From Calditrichia bacterium (GTDB lineage: Bacteria > Calditrichota > Calditrichia > JAJRVZ01): a stretch of 64,000 nucleotides of DNA. The stretch covers positions 928,001 to 992,000 of the forward strand of contig CAWCNS010000004.1 in the NCBI GenBank assembly GCA_963796965.1, in the 5' to 3' direction. The position numbers and the translations under genes are program-made. Of this stretch, positions 1 to 10,835 are shown one piece after another. The notes beneath the pieces are model-generated. The model did not search any database, was not told where the DNA came from, and worked only from the letters and a program-made list of their open reading frames with translations. Position 1 is the first letter of the stretch. The number at the start of each line of letters is the position of its first letter.

Positions 1-1200
1 ATTTTTGCCGGTATCTCGTGTAGTCCGGAAGAAAATAATCCTCTTGATACGGGACAAAATCCAATTATTTCAAAGATTAATATCCAACAGAAATGGAATA
101 ATCTAAATGCGGATCCGTATAAAATTGAAGTTTGGGTTCAGGATCCTCAGGGAATTAGAAATTTAAAGACTGTTAAGATCACAATCGTGCAGGATCTGAA
201 TCAGGAAATTGTTCTCGAGGATTCATTGTTGGATGATGGTGGCTATCTCTATCCGGATGATGGGGACGTCCTTGCTGGTGATGGCGTCTTTAGTAACCAT
301 TTTCGTGCTGATCAAATTAGTCTGCAATCGGAAGAGCTTACTTTTACTCTAAATGTTATTGCAATGGATGAAGATTTTAATCAAAACCAGCTATTTTCAT
401 ACCCCCTGGTTATAGGAGAAAATCAATCCCCTAAAATCCATCGTATTGAAGCGCCTGATTCACTTTCAGCAGATAAGCCGGGTATTACATTTTCTATCTC
501 AGTATCCGACAGCAATGGGATTGGTGATGTCCTAGAAGCATATTTTGAAAGTGAGGATTTGACAAAGGGATATACTAAATTTGAACAGTTTCTATATAAT
601 GACGGTGATATGGAAATTCATGGGGATGAAATACCGGGAGATTCAATATTCTCAACGAAAATCACACCGGAATTTGGTGAAGGAAAAGTGGGCCATTATA
701 ACCTGAGGTTTTATGTCAGGGATAGCTATGGCGAAATGAACAAAGAGATTGCAAGTCATGTGATATATATTGGTAACCTACCCCCTGAGATTGTATCGAT
801 CTCAATGCCAGACACCCTCCATATACCTGCAGGGACAGGGGTTGACGACTATAACTATAAACCTATTACTGTACAGGTTTCTGATCCGGAAGGATTGGGT
901 AGTATTGATTCCGTGTATTTTTATTCCAGAAAACCTGATGGGGAGTTGGCAAATAATGGCAGTCCATTTGTAATGGTTGATAATGGTCAGGCATTTAATA
1001 TTAATGATTGGTTTAGATTTGATAATTATGGTGACCAGACGGCCAATGACGGCTATTATGCTTACCCTCTGATTGTCAGGAATGATTTTGATCCGGGTGT
1101 ATATACTTTTATTTTTTATGTACGTGATAAGGCTGGCAATTTAGTGGGACCTATAAATAAAGATATTGAGTTGATCAGTCCATTGGGACAAATTGAATAG
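1..1200 (+). CDS. Lipoprotein with three choice-of-anchor X-like Ig repeats (5'-partial)
   Basis: Frame 1 is open from base 1 (IFAGISCSPEENNP, lipobox-like Cys). Three DDG/NDG/DNG...GD..(A/P)GDG.FS-type repeats. Confidence 0.65.
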   Translation: MFAGISCSPEENNPLDTGQNPIISKINIQQKWNNLNADPYKIEVWVQDPQGIRNLKTVKITIVQDLNQEIVLEDSLLDDGGYLYPDDGDVLAGDGVFSNHFRADQISLQSEELTFTLNVIAMDEDFNQNQLFSYPLVIGENQSPKIHRIEAPDSLSADKPGITFSISVSDSNGIGDVLEAYFESEDLTKGYTKFEQFLYNDGDMEIHGDEIPGDSIFSTKITPEFGEGKVGHYNLRFYVRDSYGEMNKEIASHVIYIGNLPPEIVSISMPDTLHIPAGTGVDDYNYKPITVQVSDPEGLGSIDSVYFYSRKPDGELANNGSPFVMVDNGQAFNINDWFRFDNYGDQTANDGYYAYPLIVRNDFDPGVYTFIFYVRDKAGNLVGPINKDIELISPLGQIE

Positions 1201-1216
1201 ATAGGATTACAAAAAC

Positions 1217-2671
1217 GTGAAAATTATTATATTAATTCTTGTGATTATGGCGACTGCCACTGCTCAGGTCTATAAACCAAGCGGGTATCGTTTAACATCT
1301 GAGGGCGAAGGAACCGTAAACCGGCAATTGGGTAACGCTATGGTTGATATGGTGTCAAAAGATTCACTACTCTGGGCAGGTTCAGGATATGGGCTGAATA
1401 GAACAACGGATGCCGGGCAAACATGGACGGCATTTACTTCAAGAGATTACCTGGGAAAAGGTGGGGTTACGGCCCTGAGCTTTATGGATGATTCCACATT
1501 CTGGATTGCAACAGGGTATGATACAACCGTTGCCGATGGTGGGAATCATGATGCCGGCGGGGGGTTGAGTTACACGAAAGATAATGGTATAACATGGACA
1601 CATATCCGGCAACCCATTGACTCCAGGGATGAAACGGAATATAGTCCTACTACGACTGTAATTCAAAATATTACATTTGATATTGCCGTCCAGGACTCGA
1701 CAATTTGGATTACCAGTTGGGGTGGCGGATTGAGGAAATCCACCGATATGGGCCAAAACTGGCAGGTTGTAACCACCGATGGGATACCATTTTCATCATT
1801 AGAATACCTTAATCATCGTGCATTCTCAGTGATGTCTGAAAATGGCAACGTGTGGGTTGGGACAGCTGAGGGTATAAGCAAAAGTAAGGATAATGGTAAA
1901 ACCTGGCGTCGGTTTAAACATGATAATCAGGAACTACCAATCTCCGGAAACTTTGTCGTCGCCCTTGCGCATCAGCCCCATACAAACACCATATGGGCTG
2001 CTACTATTGAAACCGACACTTCCGATCGTCGTGGTGTAAGTAAGTCTGACAATGGGGGCGAATCATGGGAGACGATGCTTGAAGGACGATTTACTCATAA
2101 TTTCGCCTTTGATGGACCTTTTGTATATGTGGCTACGGATTCCGGAATGTATGTTTCAAACGATGGTGGTGATAATTGGTATATCCTGCCTCGTATTTAC
2201 GATTTTCAGACAGGCGAGGATCTTATCGGGGATGAATATTTTTCAGCAGCAAATACCAAGGAAGGAGCGGTAACCCGTCTCTGGGTTGGGAACACGGACG
2301 GACTTGCCTCTACAACGGATAAGGGTATTAATTGGAAAATTCACCGCTCATTTAAATCTACCAGGGATAGTGATACCCCGGTAGCCTATGCTTACCCGAG
2401 TCCATTTTCTCCATCCCGACATGATTATATTCGTTTTCAGTATGATATTAGTCAAAGTGGCGAAGTGGTAATCGATATCTATGATTTTGCCATGGATCAT
2501 GTTGCAACAGTTCGGGAATATGAATCAGATCCAGTAGATGAAACTTTTGATCGAAATTCAAAGTGGGATGGGAGAAATGTTGCTGGAAATGTTGTTGCCA
2601 GCGGGGTCTACTTCTTCAGGATTAATGTTGAAGGTAATATTACCTGGGGTAAACTAGTCGTTATTAATTGA
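1217..2671 (+). CDS. Secreted BNR/Asp-box beta-propeller protein with C-terminal T9SS/FlgD-Ig sorting domain
   Basis: Signal peptide; repeated S/T-x-D-x-G-x-T/N-W motifs; C-terminus YPSPFSP...WDGRN...VASGVYF...GKLVVIN. Confidence 0.8.
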   Translation: MKIIILILVIMATATAQVYKPSGYRLTSEGEGTVNRQLGNAMVDMVSKDSLLWAGSGYGLNRTTDAGQTWTAFTSRDYLGKGGVTALSFMDDSTFWIATGYDTTVADGGNHDAGGGLSYTKDNGITWTHIRQPIDSRDETEYSPTTTVIQNITFDIAVQDSTIWITSWGGGLRKSTDMGQNWQVVTTDGIPFSSLEYLNHRAFSVMSENGNVWVGTAEGISKSKDNGKTWRRFKHDNQELPISGNFVVALAHQPHTNTIWAATIETDTSDRRGVSKSDNGGESWETMLEGRFTHNFAFDGPFVYVATDSGMYVSNDGGDNWYILPRIYDFQTGEDLIGDEYFSAANTKEGAVTRLWVGNTDGLASTTDKGINWKIHRSFKSTRDSDTPVAYAYPSPFSPSRHDYIRFQYDISQSGEVVIDIYDFAMDHVATVREYESDPVDETFDRNSKWDGRNVAGNVVASGVYFFRINVEGNITWGKLVVIN

Positions 2672-3612
2672 GGTCTGTCTTGAAAATAAAATTTAAACTG
2701 TTATTGTTTATATTGTTACCAATAATATCCTTTGCAAGTGAAAATGGCGGATATGCCGGTTCATACCTACGCATGGGATTAGGGGCCCGGTCAATTGCAA
2801 TGGGGAATACAGGAGTTGCATTTCCTACCACTGCTTACTCTGCCTTTTATAATCCCGCAGCATTTGGGTTAATCGAAGATCCTCTGGCAGGGTTATCTTA
2901 CAGCTTTTTGTCATTGGATCGTCATGCCGGATATATAAGCTTCTCTATGAAAGTACCTCCAGGAGCAGGTTTCTCAATTGGTTGGATAGAAAGTGGTGTG
3001 GGAGATCTCAATTCCTATAACTCAATTGGTGAGGAGACCGGAGAAATTAACCATTCTGCTAATGCGGTTTACTTTTCATTTGGCCGGCAATTTGGCAAGC
3101 GGTTATCTGTAGGTGTATCTGTTAAAGTTTTATTTGAATCTATTAATGATGGAACAGATGAATATGATTACAGTTCAAATGGCGTCGGATTTGATATTGG
3201 TGCCTTATATCTTGTCACGGATGATCTATGCGTTGGTGCACAAATTAAAGATATTAAATCAAAATTTAAAGCCAATACGGAAGAACTATTCGAGAGGGGT
3301 GGCACAACCATTGATGAATTTCCACTAACGGGTAAAATTGGCGCATATTATGTGACTCCTATAAAATGGCTTAAAGCAGCCTATGATTTTGAATGGAGTA
3401 ATAAAGGTCTAAAAAAGAATCATATTGGTGTGGAAGCTGTATATAGGGAAAACCTTGCTGTACGGTTGGGAGTTAATGGGAGCGATCCGGTGTTTGGTGC
3501 TGGCTTGGATTTTAAAATAATGTCAACGGTTTCCTACTTGGATTATGCATTTGTGCCATCAGTGATTGATGAAGGCGTTAGCCATATATTTTCATGGCAG
3601 GTCAAGTTTTAG
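2668..3612 (+). CDS. PorV/PorQ-family (UPF0164) outer-membrane beta-barrel
   Basis: LRMGLGARSIAMG...YNPA motif; terminal Phe. Confidence 0.8.
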   Translation: MRSVLKIKFKLLLFILLPIISFASENGGYAGSYLRMGLGARSIAMGNTGVAFPTTAYSAFYNPAAFGLIEDPLAGLSYSFLSLDRHAGYISFSMKVPPGAGFSIGWIESGVGDLNSYNSIGEETGEINHSANAVYFSFGRQFGKRLSVGVSVKVLFESINDGTDEYDYSSNGVGFDIGALYLVTDDLCVGAQIKDIKSKFKANTEELFERGGTTIDEFPLTGKIGAYYVTPIKWLKAAYDFEWSNKGLKKNHIGVEAVYRENLAVRLGVNGSDPVFGAGLDFKIMSTVSYLDYAFVPSVIDEGVSHIFSWQVKF

Positions 3613-3642
3613 TCAATGAATAAGTCGACCACCCTGCTTTTT

Positions 3643-3665
3643 ACCCTCCTTAAGTTAAGGAGGGT
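3643..3665. repeat. Palindromic CCCTCC...GGAGGG-type element
   Basis: ACCCTCCTTAA-G-TTAAGGAGGGT; related hairpins at 4830-4858 and 55246-55268. Confidence 0.6.
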
Positions 3666-3783
3666 GATGAAAAGGATAATCATTTTTAAGAGTAAAAATA
3701 AATATTTATCTGTTTAGTTGGTAATGAAGAGTGAACAAATTGTTGTGTGAAACAGGCATTAATTTTAACGAAAGATTTTAGAT

Positions 3784-4686
3784 ATGAAGCGTATACTTAT
3801 ACTCTTATTGGCATTTACACTATCAACAGCATTTGCTGATACCGGAGCAAAGGTTGGGTTGAGTTTTTTAAAGATCGGTGTGGATGCCCGGGCTGTGGCC
3901 ATGGGCGATGCCTATTCCTCGATTGCCTCAGATGCGTCTGCTGCTTACTGGAACCCGGCAGGATTAGCTGGGGCTAATTCCAATTCAGTATTATTTATGC
4001 ATAACTCCTGGCTTCAGGATATTAACCAGGAATTTGCTTCTATCCAATTCCTAAATGGGAAGCATAATCTGGCAGTCTCTCTTAATATGCTAAGCGTCAC
4101 AGGTATAGAGTTAAGGGGTGAAACGGCAAGTGACCTACCAGATGGTGAAACCGAATCTTTAAATACTTATGTTGGCTTGGCCTATGCGACCACCTTCCTC
4201 ACGGATTGGCAAGTGGGTGCTCAATTAAAATATCTCTATGAAAAATACTATTTTTATTCTTCTGATGGGATTGCATTTGATTTAGGTGTAAAAAAGGAAA
4301 ATATTTTACCAGGTCTTACCTGGGGAGCGGCGATTCAGAATATGGGTAAAATGTCAGTTTTGAAAAATGACGCAACCGCTTTACCCTTGTTGTTACGAAC
4401 GGGTGTGAATTACTTATTACCTTTAAATCTATTTGATTACCATCCTCTTTTAGCTGCGGATCTTGTGTATGTAAAAGATGATGCAACGCACTTTAACCTG
4501 GGATTTGAAACACGATTAGCCGGTCATGTTGATGTACGGTTCGGATATGTGCTTGGCTCTGAAAGTCATAGTTTTAGTGGTGGATTTGGTCTGTTATTTG
4601 GTGCATTTAATTTAGCCTATGCTTTTGTTCCTTTTAATTATGACCTGGGCAATTCCCATTTGTTTTCATTGATTGTGGAATTCTAA
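3784..4686 (+). CDS. PorV/PorQ-family outer-membrane beta-barrel
   Basis: FLKIGVDARAVAMG...YWNPAGL motif; terminal Phe. Confidence 0.85.
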   Translation: MKRILILLLAFTLSTAFADTGAKVGLSFLKIGVDARAVAMGDAYSSIASDASAAYWNPAGLAGANSNSVLFMHNSWLQDINQEFASIQFLNGKHNLAVSLNMLSVTGIELRGETASDLPDGETESLNTYVGLAYATTFLTDWQVGAQLKYLYEKYYFYSSDGIAFDLGVKKENILPGLTWGAAIQNMGKMSVLKNDATALPLLLRTGVNYLLPLNLFDYHPLLAADLVYVKDDATHFNLGFETRLAGHVDVRFGYVLGSESHSFSGGFGLLFGAFNLAYAFVPFNYDLGNSHLFSLIVEF

Positions 4687-4922
4687 AACATTTATCCACG
4701 AATTACACTAATTAGCACGGATTATATTTTAAGCAAACAATAATGGGTATCAGGTTTAAAACAAGAATAAAATTTAACAAAAATTTTCATGAAAAATCTC
4801 CATCTCTTCTTCATGAGAAGGGGCTCCTCAAATCCCTCTCTTATCAAGAGAGGGATTTTCCCGAAGGTAGGAGTAGGATATTCCGATTTTTTATCACTTT
4901 TATTTTAAAACTTTGAGTTATA

Positions 4923-5767
4923 ATGAATTCGATTGAAATAAAGGCAAATGCCAAGATCAACCTTGCACTAGCTGTTAAACATAAGCGAGATGACGGCTAT
5001 CATGAATTAGAATTAATATTTCAGGAAATCAATTTATCTGACCGTTTGGTTTTAGCAAAGAATGAAGCGATAACCTTCTCTACAGATTCACAGGACTTAA
5101 TGAGCGATTCGGATAATATTTGTATAAAGGCCGTGCAATTATTAAAACGAGAATTTAATATTCCTGGCCTGAAAATTTATCTGGAGAAAAAGATTCCGAT
5201 TGGTGGCGGATTAGGAGGAGGAAGTAGTGATGCAGCAGCAGTTTTAAAAGGGGCCAGGGAACTTTATGATTTACAAATAGATAATGACCAGCTTATTTCT
5301 CTTGCCTCAGAACTGGGTGCAGATGTTCCTTTTTTCATGTTGGGAAAAGCGGCTTATGGAACTGGTATTGGAGAACTACTCAATCCGATCACAATCTATA
5401 GCGATTATTACATCCTTCTGGTGATACCTGATATCAGGATTTCTACGGTTTGGGCATATAAAAACTTGAATTTAGCCTTGACAAGCAAAAATGGTGATTA
5501 TAAATTTAGAGGCTTTAGGTTTCAAGATTTGAAATTGTCAAATTTCCGGTCTGAATTTTTTAATGATTTTGAAAAATCGGTTTTTAAAACCCATCCGTTA
5601 CTAGGGAAATTAAAATCCAGGTTATACAGTGAGGGAGCTCATTCGCTGCTATGAGTGGCAGTGGATCTGTCTTGTTTGGATTATTCAACTCTGAGAAATC
5701 CTGTGTTTTGGCACTTGAATCGATGGGGCAGCACTATAACTGTGAAGTGGTAAAGCCGGTTTCGTGA
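4923..5767 (+). CDS. ispE: 4-diphosphocytidyl-2-C-methyl-D-erythritol kinase (frameshift near 5640)
   Basis: AKINLAL, DDGYHEL, IPIGGGLGGGSSDAA, GADVPFF; AMSGSGS continues in another frame to TGA at 5767. Confidence 0.92.
5478..5506 (+). promoter_or_regulatory. Putative sigma70 promoter inside ispE, driving tRNA-Gln/rplY
   Basis: TTGACA-17 bp-TAAATT about 290 bp upstream of the tRNA. Confidence 0.55.
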
Positions 5768-5798
5768 TATAAGTTAAATAAAAGAAATATACAAAGTT

Positions 5799-5870
5799 TG
5801 GGGCGTAGCCAAGTGGTAAGGCACCGGGTTTTGGTCCCGGCATGCGTAGGTTCGAATCCTGCCGCCCCAG
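5799..5870 (+). tRNA. tRNA-Gln(TTG)
   Basis: Cloverleaf TGGGGCG/CGCCCCA; anticodon arm CCGGG-TT-TTG-GT-CCCGG; GTTCGAATC T-loop. Confidence 0.95.
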
Positions 5871-5917
5871 CATAATTCTTAAAATATTCATGTTCGTTGT
5901 TGGAATAGGAGTAAAAA

Positions 5918-6578
5918 ATGTCTGACCCAGAATTAAATGCAGTTCTCAGGGAAGAAGCAGGAAAAGCAAATGCGGGCAGGCTCCGTAGGCAAGGTCTTGT
6001 TCCCTGCACCATATATGGAATTGAGAAAGAAAGTTCCTCTCTGGCCATAAATAAAAAAGAACTGGAAAAACTATTAGCAAATGCCCAGTCCGTAATAAAA
6101 ATCAATTATGATGGTGGCAGATCAAAAATCTGTAATAAAAGAGATCCAGTATCATCCTGTAAAAGGTGATATCATTCATGTGGATTTTATGCGAATTAAG
6201 GCTGGTCAGGAAATTCATGTAACAGTACCTCTGAAGTTCGTCGGTGAAGCGCCGGGCATAAAATTGGGCGGTGTGTTTCAGATGATTAAATCAGATCTGG
6301 ATATTTCTACTTTACCTAAATATATGCCGAATGAAATCGAAGTTGACATTTCCGAAATGGAAATTGGTGACACAATCCATATCAGTGATCTGAACCTGGA
6401 AAATATTACTATTATCCTTGAACCGGAGACGACCTTATGTTCCATCGCTATGCCGAAGAAGATTGAGGAGGTTGTGGAAGAAGCCGAAGAGGGTGAAGAA
6501 ATTGAAGGTGAAGAGGCAGAACCTGAAGTTATTTCTGCTAAGGCCAAGGATGAGGAAACTACCGAAAAAGAAGGGTAA
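5918..6578 (+). CDS. rplY: 50S ribosomal protein L25/Ctc (frameshift near 6115)
   Basis: RLRRQGLVPCTIYG then IQYHPVKGDIIHVDF; acidic tail. Confidence 0.93.
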
Positions 6579-6587
6579 TAAATTCTC

Positions 6588-7163
6588 GTGTATGCGCTTA
6601 TCGGCTTAGGTAATCCGGGAAAGCGTTATGAAAATACCCGTCATAATATTGGGTATTTAATTGTCGATCACTTTTCTGCTATTGATAATGTCCCCTTTAA
6701 AGCGGGTAAAGGGGATTATTATTATAAGCAAGTCCGGGTTGGTAACGAAACGGTTCTCATCTCAAAGCCTACAACTTATATGAATCAGAGTGGATTGGCT
6801 GTCCGGCAGATGGTGGACTATTTCAAAATTAATACGGAAGACCTGCTAGTCGTCTGTGATGATTTTAATCTGCCTTTTGGAGCTTTGCGTTATCGAACAC
6901 AAGGTAGCGATGGGGGGCATAATGGATTGAAATCAATCATTTATCACTTGCAAACTGAAGAATTTTGTCGCCTGCGTTTTGGTATCGGAGATCTTTTCAC
7001 AAGTGCAAAATCCTATGTTCTTGATAAGTTTAGTAAGAAAGAAATCCAAAGTTTGGACGATTTATTGCCAATAAGCTCCGAGTCAATTGAGAGTTGGCTG
7101 AATACTGGTATTGACAATACGATGAATAAATATAACAGAAATTTTTTAAATGAAAATGGATGA
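6588..7163 (+). CDS. pth: Peptidyl-tRNA hydrolase
   Basis: [32 protein letters not shown]. Confidence 0.97.
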   Translation: MYALIGLGNPGKRYENTRHNIGYLIVDHFSAIDNVPFKAGKGDYYYKQVRVGNETVLISKPTTYMNQSGLAVRQMVDYFKINTEDLLVVCDDFNLPFGALRYRTQGSDGGHNGLKSIIYHLQTEEFCRLRFGIGDLFTSAKSYVLDKFSKKEIQSLDDLLPISSESIESWLNTGIDNTMNKYNRNFLNENG

Positions 7164-9252
7164 TGGAGAGTAACATGGATGCTAATTTAATACTTGTTAT
7201 TGGTTCGGGCGTATTAGCGTTGATATATGCCTTTTGGAAATCTTCCTGGGTTAGCAAGCAAGATCCCGGAAATGAAAAGATGGTAGAAATCGGACTGGCA
7301 GTGCGTGAGGGTGCAATGGCCTTCTTGTCGAGGGAATACAAAATACTGTCCGTGTTTGTAATCGCTGTAGCAATATTGTTGTTTATTGGTAATTATTCAC
7401 AGGGAGCAGGCCTTGTTGCTGTCTCATTTATCGTAGGTGCTTTTTGTAGCGCCCTTGCCGGATACTTTGGTATGCGTGTCGCTACATTGGCAAATAACAG
7501 AACAACACAGGCTGCTCGTACCAGTTTAAATGATGCCTTGCTTGTGGCATTTAATGGTGGCTCGGTAATGGGTTTAAGTGTTGTTGGACTTGGTGTGTTA
7601 GGTTTGTCCATCCTTTTCTGGTTATATGGTGGAATGAATGAAGGTGCTGATCTGGTTTGGGTAATGAAATTATTGTCCGGGTTTGCTATGGGGGCTTCCT
7701 CAATTGCTTTATTCGCACGCGTTGGCGGTGGTATTTATACCAAGGCTGCTGATGTGGGTGCAGATTTGGTAGGTAAAGTAGAAGCGGGGATTCCTGAAGA
7801 TGATCCAAGAAATCCTGCCACAATTGCTGATAATGTCGGTGATAATGTTGGGGATGTCGCTGGTATGGGCGCTGATCTCTTTGAGTCCTATGTAGGATCC
7901 ATTATCGGCGCAATGGTATTGGCTGCTTCAGCTGGTGTAGGGAACCTTGTTATGTTGCCTTTGATATTAGCTGGCGCTGGTATACTTGTTTCGATTGTCG
8001 GTACATTTTTTGTCCGTACCAAAGAAGGGGGAAATCCTCAAACAGCATTAAATATTGGTGTGTTTGGTGCCGGAGGGATAATGCTGGTAGTTAGTTATTT
8101 CGTTATTGGTTATATAGTCCCCACGGATGTTATTCTTTCAGGCAAGTCAGTGGCTGCAACTGGATATTTTTTATTCCACTATTGCAGGCCTTTTGGCTGG
8201 CGTAATCATCGGTCTTTTAACTGAATATTACACCTCTGAAGCACGTAAACCATCCAGAGATATTGCTAAAGCCAGTGAGACAGGTGCCGCAACCAACATC
8301 ATTTCCGGGCTTGCCAATGGAATGTATTCTACGGGTTTCCCGGTACTCACGATTGCTCTGGCCATTATTGCTGCTTATCATTTCTCAGGACTCTACGGCA
8401 TTGCTATCGCCGCTTTGGGTATGCTCTCCACAACAGGTATTCAATTAGCTGTTGATGCATATGGACCTATTGCTGATAACGCCGGAGGATGTGCTGAGAT
8501 GGCCGAACTACCAGCGGAAGTCAGGGAACGTACAGATAAACTTGATGCTGTTGGAAATACGACGGCTGCTATTGGAAAAGGATTTGCTATTGGTTCTGCA
8601 GCCTTAACCGCATTAGCATTATTCTCCGCTTTTCGTGAGACGGTTGCTTCTTCACTTGGTATTGAACAATTAAGTCTTGATATAAGCAATCCCTGGGTTA
8701 TGGCCGGTTTATTAATCGGTGGTGCGCTGCCCTTTGTATTTTCATCATTTCGCGATGAAAGCAGTAGGAGAGGCGGCCTTTGATATGATTGAAGAGGTTC
8801 GCAGACAATTCAGGGAAATTAAGGGATTACTTGAGGGAACAGCAAAAGCGGATCATGCCCGTTGTGTGGATATTGCCACCAGGGCAGCCATTAAAAAAAT
8901 GATTGCCCCGGGATTGCTGGCTGTTCTTACACCGGTGTTTTTTGGATTATTCCTGCAATTATTTGGATTTGAACGAATTATGGCGGCAGAAATGCTGGGT
9001 GGCGTTTTGGCCGGCGTTACGGTTACAGGAGTCCTGATGGCAATTTTTATGGCAAATGCAGGTGGTTCTTGGGATAATGCAAAAAAATATATTGAGAGTG
9101 GCGCACATGGTGGTAAGGGCTCAGATGCTCACAAAGCCGCTGTTGTAGGTGATACGGTTGGTGATCCTTTTAAAGATACAGCCGGTCCGTCATTAAATAT
9201 ATTAATAAAATTAATGTCAGTTGTGGCGCTGGTTATCGCACCGATGATATAA
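7160..9252 (+). CDS. hppA: Membrane-bound pyrophosphatase, K+-dependent, probably Na+-translocating (frameshifts near 8170 and 8750)
   Basis: [42 protein letters not shown] (K+-dependent Ala), [11 protein letters not shown] spread over three ORFs. Confidence 0.93.
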
Positions 9253-9256
9253 AAAA

Positions 9257-9430
9257 ATACTGGATACTCGATTCCCGATATGGATTTGTGATAGGCGATA
9301 TAGGATATGGGATTCGAAAGACGTGTCTGGAATTTGAAATTGGAGAATTTTACAAAGGCATTTGACATACTCTTTTAAGAGATACAAATATTCAATATTC
9401 AATATTCAATATTCAATATTCAATATTCAA
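9257..9430. repeat. Heptamer element copy 1: degenerate GAT-periodic arm, TTGAC-N14-GATACAA core, (AATATTC)x6
   Basis: Core at 9362-9387; perfect array at 9387-9428. Confidence 0.8.
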
Positions 9431-9465
9431 GTAACAAGTAAATAATAATTAATTAATGAAGGACC

Positions 9466-9520
9466 ATCCTTTCCCGTATCGTGAAATAAAAGAATGCGGG
9501 AGCATAAGACCGAAGGAGGA
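9466..9520 (+). promoter_or_regulatory. Putative rpsF leader (S6:S18-binding autoregulatory RNA)
   Basis: TCCTT can pair with the SD AAGGA; inner stem CCCGTAT/ATGCGGG; CCG immediately before AAGGAGG. Confidence 0.6.
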
Positions 9521-9527
9521 TATTTTT

Positions 9528-10007
9528 ATGGGGATGTACGAAACAATATTTATACTGGACAGTTTGCTTGTGCCAGAGGAGATTGATAAAATCATCGAAA
9601 ATATTAAACAGATGATTGATTCCAATGGTGGTAAAGTGCTTACTGTTGATAAGTGGGGGAAGCGAAGATTGGCTTATGAAATCCAGAAGAAACAATATGG
9701 GTTTTATGTTGCTATCGAGTTTGAAGGTGAAGGACCTATTCCAAATGCTCTGGAACATGAGTATAATTTTAATGATAAAATTCTCAGATATCTTACTTAC
9801 AGATACACAAAGAATAAGATGAAAGCCAGGGAAAAAGAGACTGAGAGTAAAAAGTCTGAATCAACAAACCTGGATATTCAAGAACCTAAAATTGCGCCTG
9901 AATCTGCACCAGCCCCTGAACCTAAGACTGAGATTGAGACTGAGGAAAAGGAACCGGTCGAGAATGCAGATGCGAAACCGGTAGATGAGGAGGTGAAAAA
10001 TGCCTAG
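9528..10007 (+). CDS. rpsF: 30S ribosomal protein S6 with long acidic/Pro-rich tail
   Basis: [26 protein letters not shown] before ATG 9528. Confidence 0.95.
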   Translation: MGMYETIFILDSLLVPEEIDKIIENIKQMIDSNGGKVLTVDKWGKRRLAYEIQKKQYGFYVAIEFEGEGPIPNALEHEYNFNDKILRYLTYRYTKNKMKAREKETESKKSESTNLDIQEPKIAPESAPAPEPKTEIETEEKEPVENADAKPVDEEVKNA

Positions 10008-10278
10008 AATTCAGCAAAAACCACGTAGAGAAGTCAATAATTTTAAACCTCGGAAAAAACGGGTTTGTCGCCATTGTACAGATAAACAAACATGCCGGGA
10101 TTTATACATCGATTTTAAAGACACGAAAATGTTGAGCCGCTTTCTTACCGAACAGGGTAAAATGATACCGAGAAGAACATCCGGTAACTGCGCCAGAAGC
10201 CAAAGACAATTGGCAATGGCGATAAAAAGAGCGCGACATCTGGCTTTGTTGGCATATGTTGCTGATATCCCACGGTAG
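10000..10278 (+). CDS. rpsR: 30S ribosomal protein S18
   Basis: [23 protein letters not shown]...QRQLA.AIKRAR. Confidence 0.96.
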   Translation: MPRIQQKPRREVNNFKPRKKRVCRHCTDKQTCRDLYIDFKDTKMLSRFLTEQGKMIPRRTSGNCARSQRQLAMAIKRARHLALLAYVADIPR

Positions 10279-10302
10279 TCAAGAAAAGAAAGGGTGAATG
10301 AT

Positions 10303-10746
10303 ATGAAATTAGTATTACGTCAAGATTATGAACCGTTGGGTGAATCAGGTACCGTAATCAATGTTAAGCCAGGATTTGCGCGAAATTTTTTGATTCCTAA
10401 AGGTTTGGCAATGCCAGCAACGGAAAAAAATCTTAAACGATATGAAAATGACAAGAAACAAATGTTCTGGCGTCAGGAAAAAGAAAAGCGTCAGTCTGAA
10501 GAACTTGCAAAAACACTGGAAAATGTCTCATGTACGATAACCGTTCAGGTCGGTGAGGAAGATAAAATGTTTGGCTCTGTTACCTCACAGAATATTGCCG
10601 AGGCATTGGACTCACAGGGATATAAGATCGACAAAAGAAAGATTGTCTTAGAAGAGCCAATCAAATCCCTGGGTATTTATTCGGTACCAATTAAACTTCA
10701 TACGGATGTTGAGGCCAAAGTTAAAGTCTGGGTCGTTAAAGAATAG
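10303..10746 (+). CDS. rplI: 50S ribosomal protein L9
   Basis: VKPGFARNFLIPKG, KMFGSVT, PIKSLG. Confidence 0.97.
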   Translation: MKLVLRQDYEPLGESGTVINVKPGFARNFLIPKGLAMPATEKNLKRYENDKKQMFWRQEKEKRQSEELAKTLENVSCTITVQVGEEDKMFGSVTSQNIAEALDSQGYKIDKRKIVLEEPIKSLGIYSVPIKLHTDVEAKVKVWVVKE

Positions 10747-10760
10747 ACAGTATTTACCTT

Positions 10761-10791
10761 AAGGCGGTTTAAAAACCGCCTTTTTATTTTT
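10761..10791 (+). terminator. Rho-independent terminator
   Basis: AAGGCGGTTT/AAACCGCCTT hairpin followed by T-run. Confidence 0.85.
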
Positions 10792-10835
10792 ATCAAGCCG
10801 GTTAGATATTATCCATTGGAGAATCAAGCCTACCA

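Noticed and set aside
5685..6105. Minus-strand ORFs 5685-5891 and 5734-6105
   Set aside because: Antisense shadows of tRNA-Gln and rplY.
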